The notes under the pieces: model-generated
Database searches by the model: none
The model's input: only the letters and a program-made list of their open reading frames with translations
Told to the model about the DNA's origin: nothing
Translations under genes and position numbers: made by a program
Shown: piece after piece, positions 1-13,189 of the stretch
How the letters are laid out: every line of letters begins with the position of its first letter
How positions within the stretch are numbered: position 1 is the stretch's first letter
NCBI RefSeq assembly: GCF_006345805.1
Contig: NC_043001.1
Span: forward strand, 114,142,001 to 114,206,000
DNA length: 64,000 nucleotides
Source: Octopus sinensis
Lineage: Eukaryota
Direction: 5' to 3'

Positions 1-1340
1 AATTTCATACATAATTTACTGACGGAAGTAACTTCATAAATTTCACTTCATTCCGTACACTTCGTTAAATTTGCCTACAAAATTCTTATCTATTTTTGCA
101 ACAATTTGTGTATTTTTCATATTTTTGCTGTTGACAGAATTACTGATAAAAGTAAGTTCATAATTTACTGACAAAAATTTCATTTAAACCAGTACACTTC
201 GTTAATTTCCCCCCAAAATTTCTTATTTACTTTTGCAACGGTTTTGTGTTTTTCTGTTTTTAACGGCCTTTACCTCGTTCCTTCCATACTGGCTCTTTGG
301 TTCACTAAGTCACGAATTTCGCTTCAACCCATACAATTCTTTATTTTCCGTAAACATTTCTTATTTACTTTCTGCCCGTCGTATTAAGAAATATAATTTC
401 AGTTACCCAGTTATTTTAATTCTTTTCTATTTTCTGCACCCTGTATTTCTGTATACGTATTGGAAGGAAAGTGTCAAATCTGTCTATAATGTCAAAGTCA
501 GCCAAAAGAATGTCTCTGACTAGGGAGAGAGAGAGACAGCTACAGAAAGGGAAGCATAGCAAGAAACGAACAGACTGTGCACTACAAAAGCCAGGGTATA
601 TCAAAGTGATGACCAGTATGCACGACTGACAAGGAATAAGATCTCCACTGTAGAATGAAGAGCCGTTGCAACAGCTCAGAGAAGCAATTTCTATGAAGTA
701 GCTTTGAATTATGATCCAGCAGTTCCTTATGCAGATGACATTAGAGTTTCTATTGGTGCAATGACAACTAAGTGTACACACTGTAAAGCAAGGAAGTGGC
801 CTGGAGAGACACCTGCACTGTGCTGCAGTGGTGGAAAGGTTAAACTCCTTGCAATCCCCCAACCTCCAGAGCCATTGAAGAAACTGTTTCCAAGCACTTC
901 CTTAACAAAATTAGACAATAAAACGCTGCACTACTGATGACATCATTTGGAGTTACAAGAGATTTAACTGAGCCAGGAATCATGCAAACTTTCAAGATCT
1001 AATGTCAGATTTATCGTCGGATTGGTTATCTACTACTAGAGTCAAATGAATCACCAAAATTAGCCTTTCAGTGTATATAATATGTAACTGTTTTCTTTTT
1101 TCGTTACGAAATAAGCTACACAAAACGTGTTTTTGAATTATGTGTATTTACTTTATATACATATACGAGTTGAAACCTTTCTTTAAACATTTCAATTAAC
1201 GTCTATGTTCCATGCTCGCCTCTGGGTTGTAGAATTATTAAAAGTTGGTATCTCAGCTACTAGCAGTTGAGACCTTCGTAATCTAGGGAGTATTTTGAAA
1301 TTTCCTTATTCTTTTTAACTGGGCAACGCCGGGTATTTAT
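1..1340 (+). mobile_element. Internally deleted Helitron remnant (Rep/helicase N-terminal fragment plus 3' hairpin)
   Basis: 704-937 encodes IGAMTTKCTHCKARKWPGETPALCCSGGKVKL..PPEPLKKL. About 935-1063 gives LMTSFG...IMQTFKI*CQIYRRIG. Both match Helitron Rep N-terminal motifs (Cys cluster; FQMTSFG..FKIQGQIYHRIG) with stops and frameshifts. 3' hairpin remnant gggcaacgccggg at 1321-1333; terminal CTAG lost. A ~140-bp tandem duplication lies at about 13-250. Confidence 0.85.
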
Positions 1341-1412
1341 ATTATATATTATATTATATATTATATTATATATATTATATTATATTATATTATATATATA
1401 TATATATAATAT

Positions 1413-1474
<62 letters not shown>

Positions 1475-2111
1475 TATATATATACCAAATCACACACGCA
1501 CACTGCTTCGCCCACACATAAACACGTGTTTGTGTACATGCAAACATATACGTACACTATTTTAAATCAACATAAAGGAAATGCTACGCTAAAACGATAA
1601 GCGTTTCCTTACTTGTCCGCTCGGATGGGTGAAGCATTTGCGCATGGAGGAACATATATGTTTGTTTGCCGTTCCTTTCAACAATACACCATTTGATATA
1701 ATATGAGATAAAACGGGTGGGAATATTCCCCATATTTACCCATAAAACAATGCTATTCTCTAAATTTTTCCAAGGAAACAGGGTATGAATTACGTTCCGG
1801 TATGGAATTATAAGAACTTAGCAAATCATTGATGAAATGGTAGTGTTTTATTGAGAAATAATTGAAAATAATAATGGCGGATATTTCTCTAAGACAATTG
1901 TGGCGTATAAGTCTTTTGTACATCGATCTTTGAAGGGAGGCAATAAAATAGATGTTATATTTTCTTTTAAATGCACAAAAAGAGATGTTGTGTACATGAG
2001 CGTGAAGGAACGGGTTTCTTAAAGTTCATTAACACTACACAAGTGAACATATTGGAAAATATATACATGTATGTGGGATTATATCAACATGTGAATATAT
2101 ATATATATACA

Positions 2112-2325
2112 CGGGGAGGTGATGAAATGTTCCTGGCTTTGCGTAACAGAAAGAAGAGGCGTATCGGTTAATTATGATTTCCTTCAACATATTTCCCTCT
2201 CAGATTCAGACACTTTTTGCAGCGGTCCTATTGCTTTTTATGCCCTGTAAAAGAACTCGGAAGATTGGACCTCCATCCAGGCTTTTCGTGATATCCTAAA
2301 AGCCAGGAACTTTTCAACACTCTTC

Positions 2326-2326
<1 letters not shown>
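2112..2326. mobile_element. Mariner-type MITE
   Basis: Imperfect TIRs cggggaggtgatgaaatgttcctggcttt / aaagccaggaacttttcaacactcttcg, followed by TA on the right; no coding sequence. Confidence 0.8.
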
Positions 2327-2399
<73 letters not shown>

Positions 2400-2444
2400 T
2401 GTGTGTGTGTGTGTGGTGTGTGTGTGTGTGTGTGTGTGTGTATG

Positions 2445-2475
<31 letters not shown>

Positions 2476-2729
2476 ATCATATATATTCATATATATATGT
2501 GTGTGTGTATGTATATATATATCTATATCATATATATATACATATATATATATATATAATACAAATAGAGAGAAATAGACAGGAAAAAAGAACACACCCA
2601 CATACACAACCTAATTTATACACACTCACACATACACACACACACATTGTTAAATTCATCTGCTATTTTTCCAAATGCTATTTTTCCAAATCCGTAAATT
2701 TGATTCATTATCTAACTTACTTAAATTAC

Positions 2730-3540
2730 GATCTAAAATATATTTGCTAATAATACCTATTTCAGTTTGGGCCGGATTAATCAATCTACATCTAGTGTTT
2801 CTATTAAAATTAGCTTTATGGTCTTTTAGGGTAATAAAAGCGGGGTGTAGGGGAAGATATTCTATCCTAGAGCTAATTTTAAGATTGTTAGTTATTCTTC
2901 TTGCCTCCAAATTCACCTCTTTGTATAAATTTGCGTTATCTTTTTTGTATGTATCTGTGATACTATTCAAAATAAGACTCGTGAAACCGTTCACATCTAC
3001 CGCATAAAAGTTTTTTGTCTTACCGAGTTAACGAAGATATTATTCGAGTTGTTAATTTCCCTAATTTTTTCCTTCATATTTCTCTGTAATTGGTTACAAT
3101 ACTTACGGAATCTAATTTTTCTAATGAGTTCGAAAAGGACTTTTTCGAAGGCTTCTAGTTCCGGAATAGGTGGTGGATTCCTGAAAGATTTAAGTCCGTA
3201 TTTGTTTCAGATAGTTTTCTGTTTAGTATCAAAGAAGAAGACTTTCCATCTCAATCTTCGAATAAACTCTTCCGTTTTTTCTATAAGACTTTTGAGATAT
3301 TGTTTCTGTGTAGAGATAGGTATATTTTTTAAGAGAAAAATCCAATGGGTAAAGCTCCAGCCTTTTCAGCTTTCTCTTCTTCCTACTTGTGTAGAGTCGG
3401 GCAAACTTTCTAAAACAAGGAGCGGGTTACACTTAAGTAAGCACATAAATGTGAAGCAAGGTGGGAAAAAGAGTACTCAAATACCAGAGTTAGAGTAATA
3501 TGCTTTATTTAAAAACAGCAGAGATATAACAAAAGCTAGC
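2730..3540 (-). mobile_element. Penelope-like element 5' portion (Naiad-like, tentative), decayed
   Basis: Minus-strand translation with frameshifts: SLKNIPISTQKQYLKSLIEKTEEFIRRLRWKVFFF...PPPIPELEAFEK...(DKT)KNFY...AFITLKDHKANFNRNTRCRLINPAQTEIGIISKYILD, which matches the N-terminal/pre-RT region of this PLE group as I recall it. Confidence 0.8.
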
Positions 3541-3651
3541 ATGCGTAAAAAAGTCAATAGACAAGGTATCTTCATATATAATACTCAAACAGATTCACAC
3601 ACATACACGAATACACATATACGTCGTTATTTCTGTTCCATTTTAACAAAA

Positions 3652-3689
3652 CGGTCCGATGAACGGGAACGTGAAACTCTGAGTAACAG
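3652..3689 (+). ncRNA. Minimal type I hammerhead ribozyme motif, U4C core variant
   Basis: cggt-CCGATGA-ACG/GGAA/CGT-GAAA-CTCTGAG-TA^ACAG; predicted cleavage 3685/3686; one mismatch in stem I. Confidence 0.65.
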
Positions 3690-4340
3690 CTTTTGTTACA
3701 TTTTCATACCGGTGGCTAGCATGCTTAAAAAGTCAATAGACAACTTATTTTTATATATAAGAGTCAGACAGATTCACATACATACGCATACACATACACA
3801 TGTATATGCATATATATACTTTTCTGTGTATGTGTGTAATAGAGGTTGTCATTATATTGTAAAATTTAATTTTGACATTATAAAAAATAGTTTGAAAAAT
3901 AAGTTATAACAACCAGAAAACAATTTAAGCAAGTTTCAGTTTTGATATCACTTTTCCTATAAACAAGAATGCTGAAGTAAGTAAACAATACCAAATCATT
4001 GTGATTCATTACATCATATTTTTGGCCCTACTATAATTGCAATCAATCAAAGATTATTGAAAATGGCTATTAAACTACTACAAATCATTAGATGTTTAAT
4101 TATAAACATCTCATTTAAAAGAGGATATATATTATAAATTTTCAAAGTTGTGATTAAATCCATTCGACGCCAAATCTTTAAAAAATATAACAATTCAAAT
4201 TTCGTAGTTCTTTTTTCATTTCTTGTTTGGTGTATTTTTGTATACCGCTGTTTTGTGTTTAGTGTTATACTTGCTATATTCCACATTGTATATATGTATA
4301 TATATATATATATATATATTTACACACATACATATATATA

Positions 4341-4381
<41 letters not shown>

Positions 4382-4497
4382 TATATACATATATATATTT
4401 ATATACATACATATATATAGTGTTTGTGTGTGTGTGAGTGCGTGTGTATATGTATGCATGCGTGTATATATATTTTCATATGTGTACATGTATTAAG

Positions 4498-4534
<37 letters not shown>

Positions 4535-5069
4535 GTGTGTGTGTGTGTATATACATATATATATATATATATTAGTTATATTATATGATTGAACGCCACA
4601 TGTCCTCTTCCAAGTAAGTTTTGTCTTAATAATTCTGATGCGCACTCTACTATCTTTCTACTCTTTCCTTTTTCTTCCTCTCTGTCTCTTATTCTCTTAC
4701 CTCTTCTTCTCCCATTATTGGATCCTATTACTCTTTCCTTTTCTCTCTCTTCCTTTCTCCCCTTCTCCCCCTCCTCTTACTTTTCCCTGTTCTGTTTGTG
4801 TTACCAATTTTGACTCTCCGCTAAAATCCCAAATTTTATTTAATTTGCTTTGCAGAAGCAACTGCAGGAGCAAGCGTATCGTGTTGTTAAATGCTCAAAA
4901 TACGAGAGTAGAAAAACAGCCAACAACTGATGATGGTCGTTTTTTTTTGTATTGTTTGCCTTGTTTTCCACCCGTTCCTTTCGTAATTCGAAAAAATTAG
5001 TTCATATTCCATGTACTCATACTTCGTATTTTTTGTTGTACATGTTTTGTGACGCCCTGTGCCAACATA

Positions 5070-5161
<92 letters not shown>

Positions 5162-6488
5162 TAAATGTAAGTATATACATATACGTCTGTAAATATTCAT
5201 ATATATATATATATAATATATATATAATATATATATATATATATTATATATATATATATTATTTATAGTGCCATATATACACATACACATTTTCAAGCAT
5301 ATATACGTGTATATATTTAATTATATAAAGAGATAGATATGTCTGTTAGGTTTGTGAGTGTGTGTGTTTCGGAGTGTGTGGTACTGTGCACACTGAGTGT
5401 GATTTGCATGGATAACAAACCGTTCCTTCTTGCGTCGAAGTGCTTGGAATCCCCTTCGTTGTTAGTTCACTTTTGAATGATTGATTCAGAAAATGCCATA
5501 AAATTCATGTAAATTTTTCGGCTTAGAATTAATATAAAAGAACGTTTTACCCAAGCAAACTGGATTTTGCCCTTTGCCTCCCCAATTCTTATCATTATTT
5601 GCCACAAAGGCCTAGTGAAATACTCAGTTGCTTACATACTCCCGCCTTAAACGCGTACGACTGACAAGCGAGACAAGCTCACAACATACAGCAAGAGCAT
5701 CAGATGATGTGACTCCTTATTGCTTACTGTAGGTCGAGAGCATGTCTCCCTTGTCAGTCATTAGAAAACTGCTCTCACGTGGCTAAGATTTGTTTTGACT
5801 ATTATTCCTAGCAATACTAGTGCTAAGTAGCTTGCTCCGTCACTTTAGTGACGATTATACTTGTTAACTGAAGGTTGTAAATTTCGAATAGCTAGCTTGA
5901 TTATTTGCAATTCTCAGTTCACGATTTTCGAAACCAGTCAATGTTTTTATGGTGTTCTCTATAAGGCTGACAGGGTGAGTTTGTTCTTTAACCCTCGTCA
6001 ACGGAGCAATGGGTAACTGATTAAGATTAATAAAATCTGTGATTAGAGCTGATATGATTCTATCTCGCCTGACTCAAAAAGAGAGTTTGTCTCCCATGTC
6101 AGTCGCTAGGAAAGTGCTCTCACTTGGCTAAGGGTTGTTTCCACTCTTATTTCTAGCAATGATCTGCGGACTGAAAAAAAAAATTTAACAACTTTAACCA
6201 ATGTTCGAACCATATTGGGGTCTCATCAGAGGCGTGTACATCATTCTGACAGGATCCACAGAAACAAGCAGCCAAACTGTTTATATACTCAACAAATGCA
6301 GCAGTTACTCTATGAAGGAGTATACCGAAAATGTTTAACACTATAAATACCAGCGGTAATGTGTATATATATAAATTGTATAAATATTATATATATCCAT
6401 ATGTATACATATACTATATCTTTATAACGTATATTCTAATATAATATATTTATATTATACTACAATAATGAATATATATTTTTATATA

Positions 6489-7298
6489 GGAGGTGAATTC
6501 CGGGAGTTTTTGTACTTTCTTAAGAGAACAAGTAATATATCTTCTAGATTAACGTAATTTTAGTATACTATTACCTTATATTGAATAAGCTGACCTGAAA
6601 AGCTTTTGCTATTTCGGATTGAATGAGATGGCTGCAAAGCCACTTTGAATATTATAGGCTAAACATTGCCAGCCACTGCTAACATGTTTGCAAGACACAG
6701 CTGGGACGTTAAACTGGGCAAAAATACTACAGGGTGTTATAAAATGTTCCAGAATGCTTATGAAATTGCTTTTACGAGCCAAGTATCTGTTGACGCTGGT
6801 ACAAGAGCCCAGATACACCGGAGCGCTCATGACGATCTTCTTTATTTGCAGACAAGCATAATCTACATCTACTGGATATGCTGACCAGAGTAATTTGTGG
6901 AGACTTTGAGGGGGTTCAAGAGGAGGCAATTTCATCGCAAAAAACCTGGGCAACAGCACCAAGACAATGCAACAGTCCACGATTCCATCCTGACTACGAA
7001 CGAGTTGAGAAGAAATAGACATCAGAACTTTCCTGCACTTTTCTTCACTTCAGGCCTTGCTCCTTGTCATTTTGGTTGTTCCTCAAGCTGAAAGAAATAA
7101 TGATGGAGGCTGTGAAAGGGCCTTGGATATCCTGTTTTACAGAGCTTCCAGGGGTCCTTCATGAAGTAGCTTTAGGGCTACAAAATTGCATTGAATTAAG
7201 AAGATCCTACTTTGAAGGAGATTATAATTTTGTACCTCTTTACAATTAATGAATGTCTCTCCTGCAAGTGTCTAAATACTTCTGGAATGCACCTGGCA
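6489..7298 (+). mobile_element. Decayed mariner transposon
   Basis: Fragments HQDNATVHDSILT..., SGLAPCHF/WLFLKLKE, ..CIELRRSYFEGD match the mariner C-terminal catalytic region (HHDNA, SPDLAPCDF, YFEGD). TIR-like ends aggtgaattccgggagt / acttctggaatgcacct. Confidence 0.8.
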
Positions 7299-8159
7299 AA
7301 TACATATTTATACATGTTTGTGTGGCTGTGTTCGTGCGGGGTGGTATTGGGTTTAATACATAAATTGCTTCATAGATAATGGTATGGTATTTAGTTCTTC
7401 TTTTGTGAGTGGATGTAACGTTATTAGGCAACATGGAATTTAGTTGATATAGTATCTCTCATTCATCACTGAGTTTTGCAATTTCACGTTCTTCACATGC
7501 TTTATCATGTTGTTTTTCTTCCTGCTTCTCCACACGTATATATTTTGTCATGCACTTTTTCTGTATTCAGTTTTATATACATTCAATTATACATACATAT
7601 ATTTACATCTGCAAACACACACACACATATACATACATACAAACATATATAAATGCATACATAATTTACATACATATACACATATTAATGCATACGTACA
7701 AACATACATATATACATACATACGTACGTATGCATGTATGTATGTTTGTACGTATGTAAACATGCATACAAACATACATACGTATGTACATAGCCGATAC
7801 AATTTTTCTTAGAACACCTGTCTGAAATAATTAGCTCATTAAATACAAAATCTTGTATTTTGTGCACCATCAGCTTTTACGTATTATTCTCTCATTTTAA
7901 CTAATTTTCTTCGTCTCTTAATTCCTTTTTCTTCTCAATAATTCTAGCGTCTCTGCAAGATATTTTTTATATATATATATATTTTTAAAAATTCATATTT
8001 TCTTATTTTACAAGCAAATATTGAATTAATTTAACATAATTCCTGGCATTTTTAAATGGTGTCCTGAACAAATATTAATGTTTGTTTTATTCATTCTTTA
8101 TATTTACTTTGTCTGTTTTATACTTCTTATAATAATTGCATTATGTGCAACATTAATGA

Positions 8160-8275
8160 CATTAATAATAATAATTTCCAAAACAATAAAAATAATAACA
8201 ATAATAATAATAGTAATAATAATAATAATAACAATAACAATAATAATAATAATAATAATAATAAAAATAATAATG

Positions 8276-8326
<51 letters not shown>

Positions 8327-8327
8327 C

Positions 8328-8371
<44 letters not shown>

Positions 8372-8445
8372 CAACAATAATAATAATAATAATAATAACA
8401 ATAATGATAATAACAACAATAACAATAATAATAAGAGCAATAATG
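8160..8445. repeat. (AAT)n microsatellite
   Basis: Long, partly interrupted AAT/AAC array. Confidence 0.95.
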
Positions 8446-8834
8446 AAAATCTTAGTTATAAATTTTAATAATAGTAAATCATTAATATTTGTTGTTATGG
8501 AATATGTGTAATGGGATTGAATAGTTATATTTAAGTAGATTATTTTTGTTTATGATTTACTTTTTATAAATTCATATAAGCATATTCATCATCATCGTCG
8601 TTATTGTTTGTTCCTTTTCTGCTATGATTATTATTATTATTATTGTGATTATTTTGATCATAAGCAATTTCGTCGTCATGCTCGTCTTCCTTTTTCCACA
8701 ATGCCCATTCATTGTTGTCGTAGTCATCATCATGAACTTCGTTATTGCCATAAAAATATTCCCATCGTCGTGATTATTATGATGATTTTTGATATTCTTC
8801 GTCCCCCCCTTTTTTTAACCATTACAATCACTAA

Positions 8835-9050
8835 GACCGCCATTCGTACCGCTGCTGCCGCCGCCACCGCCATCATCGCCACTGCCGCCGCCACCGCCGC
8901 TGCCGCTCCGCTGCCACCACCGCTGCAGCTGTCGATGCAGCTACCGTTGCAGCCGCCACCACTACCGTCGCTGCCGTCGACGCCGCCGCGAGCCCCACCA
9001 GCTCCACCACGAACAGCAACACTACCACACCACCGCTACCGAGGTCGTTG
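8835..9050. repeat. GC-rich degenerate (GCC/ACC/GCT)n trinucleotide tract
   Basis: Runs of gccgcc/ccacc/gctgcc embedded in degenerate CAT/ATC repeats. Confidence 0.8.
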
Positions 9051-10911
9051 GCGCAAACATTAACAACATCCTCCCCATTTCTTGCATCGCCACTACAACC
9101 AACCTCTTCCTCATCCCCATCATCGTCATGCAAATACAAGATGCTAGTCTTACTTACACACACTCACGACTGCGACCAGCATTAGCAATGTAGCTGTAAT
9201 TTCGGCGAACAGCTGCCAGAATAATCTCAACAGTAACAGCCCATCATAAACTAACATTATAAAGGGCTGCAGAAATAACTAAGACATATAGCTACAATGA
9301 GTTGATATTATAAAAAGCCGTCTAAAATGCCATTATGAATGGCCTTCATAATTAAACATCATAAATATCTATTACCACCAATACCTATAATAGTTATTAT
9401 GAGTATCATGAATTACTATCATAGATATCATAAACGGTTATGTTATATAACAATCATAAATAGCTATGATAATTAACAAAGTATACCTGGTTATCATAAA
9501 AGTCATCATAAATGATCATCATAAATAAACAATAATTTACCTTCATAGATATTAATCATAAACGGGCATCATAAACGGTGACAATAAATGGCAATTACAA
9601 ATAGCCATTCTAAATCTCTAAGATTAATATCTATCATAAATGGATCTCATATAGACCCATCGTAATTAGCCTTCATAATGGAGGGATAATTCCGTTATCA
9701 TAACTGACTATCATAGATGACTGTCATAACGTCTATCATAAATAGCCTTCATAAATAGGTATCATGTAAATGACGTGGATAGACATTTTATGTTATTCTA
9801 AGATGTTTTGTTGAATGTTTGAATACGAGTGTAACCGTTTCTTTGGAAACAGATAATTTAAACTGCAAGCTATTGCAATCTCTGGTGTTCATATTAGCTG
9901 AAGCTGGTGATAAACTTAACGCCATGTAATGGCACTCAATCGTGGAAGATGCACAGCTGTGATCACCACGTTTTAGTGTTGAGATATTTTAAGATATTCC
10001 ATTTACGTTTGTATATCATTACACATATTTTCCTTATAGAGAAAGATGAGTCATAGGTATATAAATCTCTTCCAGTAGCTTGTTTTCTGCATAGTTGCAA
10101 TCTTCCAGATATAGTATCGTACTTTGACTGGTGGAAACCATAGTTGCAGACAATAATCTAAACTACTGGGAACAAATGTCCGCCAGAAGACTAACCCATT
10201 CTCTTGTTCAGACGTTGTAAATGACCTAGATATACATTCAGTAAGTTATTTGCACATTGTCACAACTATCGTAATACAACTGTTATGGGATAATAGTAAT
10301 AATGGAACACTCCTCCCACGGGACGAGTGGTATGTGTTCCTAGTTATAAACCCTGTCAGTCAGTGTCAGTGGTAGTAGAGAGCACGAACTAGACGATGAT
10401 CGTGGTCTTGTCTAACTAACTATACTGCTAAACCAGAGTAGGCAATATAACAGTCTGACAAAGGATTACAACAGTGGCAACGATGAATTAACAAACTCAC
10501 AAGGGGTTACGAAACTCACAAATTTTTGTGCGAATTCTATGTTATACCAAATCGTAAAATTATTGAAACATTGTTGACCGATTTGCTCGAGTCGTATAAA
10601 CAGCAAGAACGATAACTGAAAGTACATCAACAGCAGCAGTTGCAAGAATAACAGCAGAAGCAACAACAACAATTGTTTGTGACATATTCGTCACAGATTT
10701 GGTCGCGAAGTCGAAGTGTGCCATATCAAAATGTGACTGGTTGTGCACATGCCCACGAAATAGGTCATCCGTTTCGGAAGAAATAACATGCAAAATTCAA
10801 ATCTTATCCGGCTGTTTTAACATGGATGTATTGTGCAGTGTGGATCTGGATTCCCTGTACATAGGAACAAGTGCAGATTGTAACGTTTGGAATATAATTG
10901 TCATAAATAAT

Positions 10912-11261
10912 TGGAAGCACTCCGTCGGTTACGACGATGAGGGTTCCGGTTGATCCGAATCAACGGAACAGCCTGCTCGTGAACTTAACGTGTAAGTGGC
11001 TGAGCACTCCACAGACACGTGTACCCTTAACGTAGTTCTCGAGGATATTCAGCGTGAAACAGAGAGTGACAAGGCCGGCCTTTTGATATACAGGTACAAC
11101 AGAAACAGGAAGTAAGAGTGAGAGAAAGTTGTGGTGAAAGAGTAGAGCAGGGATCACCACCATCCCATGCCGGAGTCTCGTGGAGCTTTAGGTGTTTTCG
11201 CTCAACAAACACTCACAACGCCCGGTCTGGGAATCGAAACCGCGATCCTACGACCGCGAGT
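10912..11261 (-). mobile_element. tRNA-derived SINE, family A (5'-truncated)
   Basis: Reverse complement of the 11757-12137 and 30064-30454 copies over about 350 bp. Confidence 0.9.
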
Positions 11262-11485
11262 CATAGGTAAGACGGAGAGTTCGAACAACGTTATTGCGTC
11301 AAGCAAAATACTTAGCGGTATTTCGTACGTCTCTATGTTCAAATACATCGACTTTGCCGTCCACTCAGTCGTGGTTGATAAAATAAATACAAGTTAAGTA
11401 CTGAGGTGATGTAATCGACTTACTCGCTACCACGAAATTAATGTCTTTGAAGCAAAAATTTGAAATTAGTATCATTATCATCGGT

Positions 11486-11665
11486 AAGGCAGCGAGGTGG
11501 CGGGATCGTTTGCACGCCGTGCTGAGTTCAAATTCCGCCGAGGTCCACTTTCCCTTTCATTCCTAGGGGTTTGATAAAATAAGTATCAGTTAAACACTGG
11601 GGTTGTTGTAATCGACTTACCCCTCCCCGAAATTGCTAACCTTGTGCCAAAATTTGAAACCAGTA
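11486..11665 (+). mobile_element. SINE family B, diverged copy
   Basis: ctgagttcaaattccgccgaggtc...ggggttg..gtaatcgactta shared with 12566-12788, 40384-40606 and 45024-45236. A more decayed copy lies immediately upstream (about 11265-11470). Confidence 0.75.
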
Positions 11666-11756
11666 TTATCGGTCTATTGGATGAGTGTTGCCAACTGGGA
11701 TTAAACGACATAAAAAGCAGTTAGTTCAATTCCTAATCCTAATACTCTAGAGTTGT

Positions 11757-12137
11757 GGAGATGCAATGGCCCAGTGGTTAGGGCAGCGGACTCGCGGTCA
11801 TAGGATCGCGGTTTCGATTCCCAGACCGGGCGTTGTGAGTGTTTATTGAGCGAAAACACCTAAAGCTCCACGAGGCTCCGGCAGGGATGGTGGTGATCCC
11901 TGCTGTACTCTTTCACCACAACTTTCTCTCACTCTTACTCCCTGTTTCTGTTGTACCTGTATTTCAAAGGGCCGGCCTTATCACTCTCTGTGTCACGCTG
12001 AATATCCCGAGAACTACGTTAAGGGTACACGTGTCTGTGGAGTGCTCAGCCACTTACATGTTAATTTCACGAGTAGGCTGTTCCGTTGATTCGGATCGAC
12101 CGGAACCCTCGTCGTCGTAACCGACGGAGTGCTTCCA
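11757..12137 (+). mobile_element. tRNA-derived SINE, family A (full length)
   Basis: Head caatggcccagtggttagggcagcggactcgcgg...ggtttcgattcc with pol III A/B-box-like motifs; near-identical to 30064-30454; short flanking duplication actctag. Confidence 0.9.
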
Positions 12138-12565
12138 GACTCTAGGAGCGTGATGCAATTTTCAGGTGGAGATGAGCTGTATTGAATCTCAGTTAGAAAA
12201 TCAGCTTCCTCTAACGATGGATATTCCGAACATTTCTAATGTGTAGCCTGGTTAAATGTTTTAGAACAGATCTCTTTTTTTCTTTAATCTATATCTTCTC
12301 ATAAGTTTCGAAAAAGTTTTTCATATAAATACTCACAAGTTATATATTTTAACTTTCTGCCTGCAGAAGTTTTGAGGCAGCCTGGTTTCAAAGCAACTTC
12401 CGCTGTACGTTTATGTATTGAATGTTCTACTATTTATGTATTAAAATCCAATTTATGCAGATACCTACATTCCTCTAAACACACATACATATGTCTGTGC
12501 GTGTGTTTGTTTGTGCGTGTGTGCTTGTATATATGTGTATCATCGCATGCATACGTGTGTACCTA

Positions 12566-12788
12566 CTTCTTTATTACCCACAAGGGGCTAAACACAGAGG
12601 GGACAAACAAGGACAGACATAGGTATTAAGCCGATTACATCGACCCCAGTGCGTAACTGGTACTTAATTTATCGACCCCGAAAGGATTAAGGGCAAAGTC
12701 GACACCGGCGGAATTTGAAAGTAACGCAGACGAAATATCGGTAAGCATTTCGCCCTGCGTGCTAACGTTTCTGCCAGCTCGCCGCCTT
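12566..12788 (-). mobile_element. SINE family B
   Basis: Minus-strand head ggcggcgagctggcagaaacgttagcacg; matches 45024-45236. Confidence 0.85.
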
Positions 12789-12813
12789 TAGGCGTACGTG
12801 TGTACCTATCTAC

Positions 12814-12879
<66 letters not shown>

Positions 12880-12920
12880 GTATATACCGTATATAGGTGC
12901 ATGCACACACATATTTATAA

Positions 12921-12972
<52 letters not shown>

Positions 12973-13144
12973 CAATATTAAATCTCTGAGCGGGAAGTAA
13001 ACAGTAGCAGCACGGAATCGTGAAGTATATTTGCCAAATAAATGTGGCGGTCCCATAGGGACAATGGCTCACGACACACTGTCTATGTCTGATTAGTATT
13101 TGCGAAGGGAAAATCATCGTTCCCATCTCTAGCCTTACGCGATA

Positions 13145-13189
13145 CACACAGACCCAGGTTTCTGAGTAGTAATCCGTCATCAGTGTCTG
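13145..13189 (-). ncRNA. Minimal type I hammerhead ribozyme motif (core intact)
   Basis: Minus strand cagaca-CTGATGA-cggattactactca-GAAA-CCTGGG-TC^tgtgtg; stem I 5 of 6 pairs; stem II weakened by transitions. Confidence 0.75.

Noticed and set aside
8608-9163. 151-aa Ala/Pro-rich ORF and its antisense ORF
   Set aside because: Derived from degenerate GCC/ACC/CAT repeats; no domain and no splice context.
10466-10800. Poly-Q-like frame ending in AHEIGH (HExxH-like) on plus and a hydrophobic TM-like ORF on minus
   Set aside because: The plus frame has in-frame stops and no third His or following metzincin motif; the hydrophobic stretch is explained by CAG/CAA repeats.
11757-11830. tRNA-like sequences at SINE heads (also 30064, 25490, 53000, 22703)
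   Set aside because: They continue into SINE bodies and lack a complete cloverleaf, so they are not tRNA genes.
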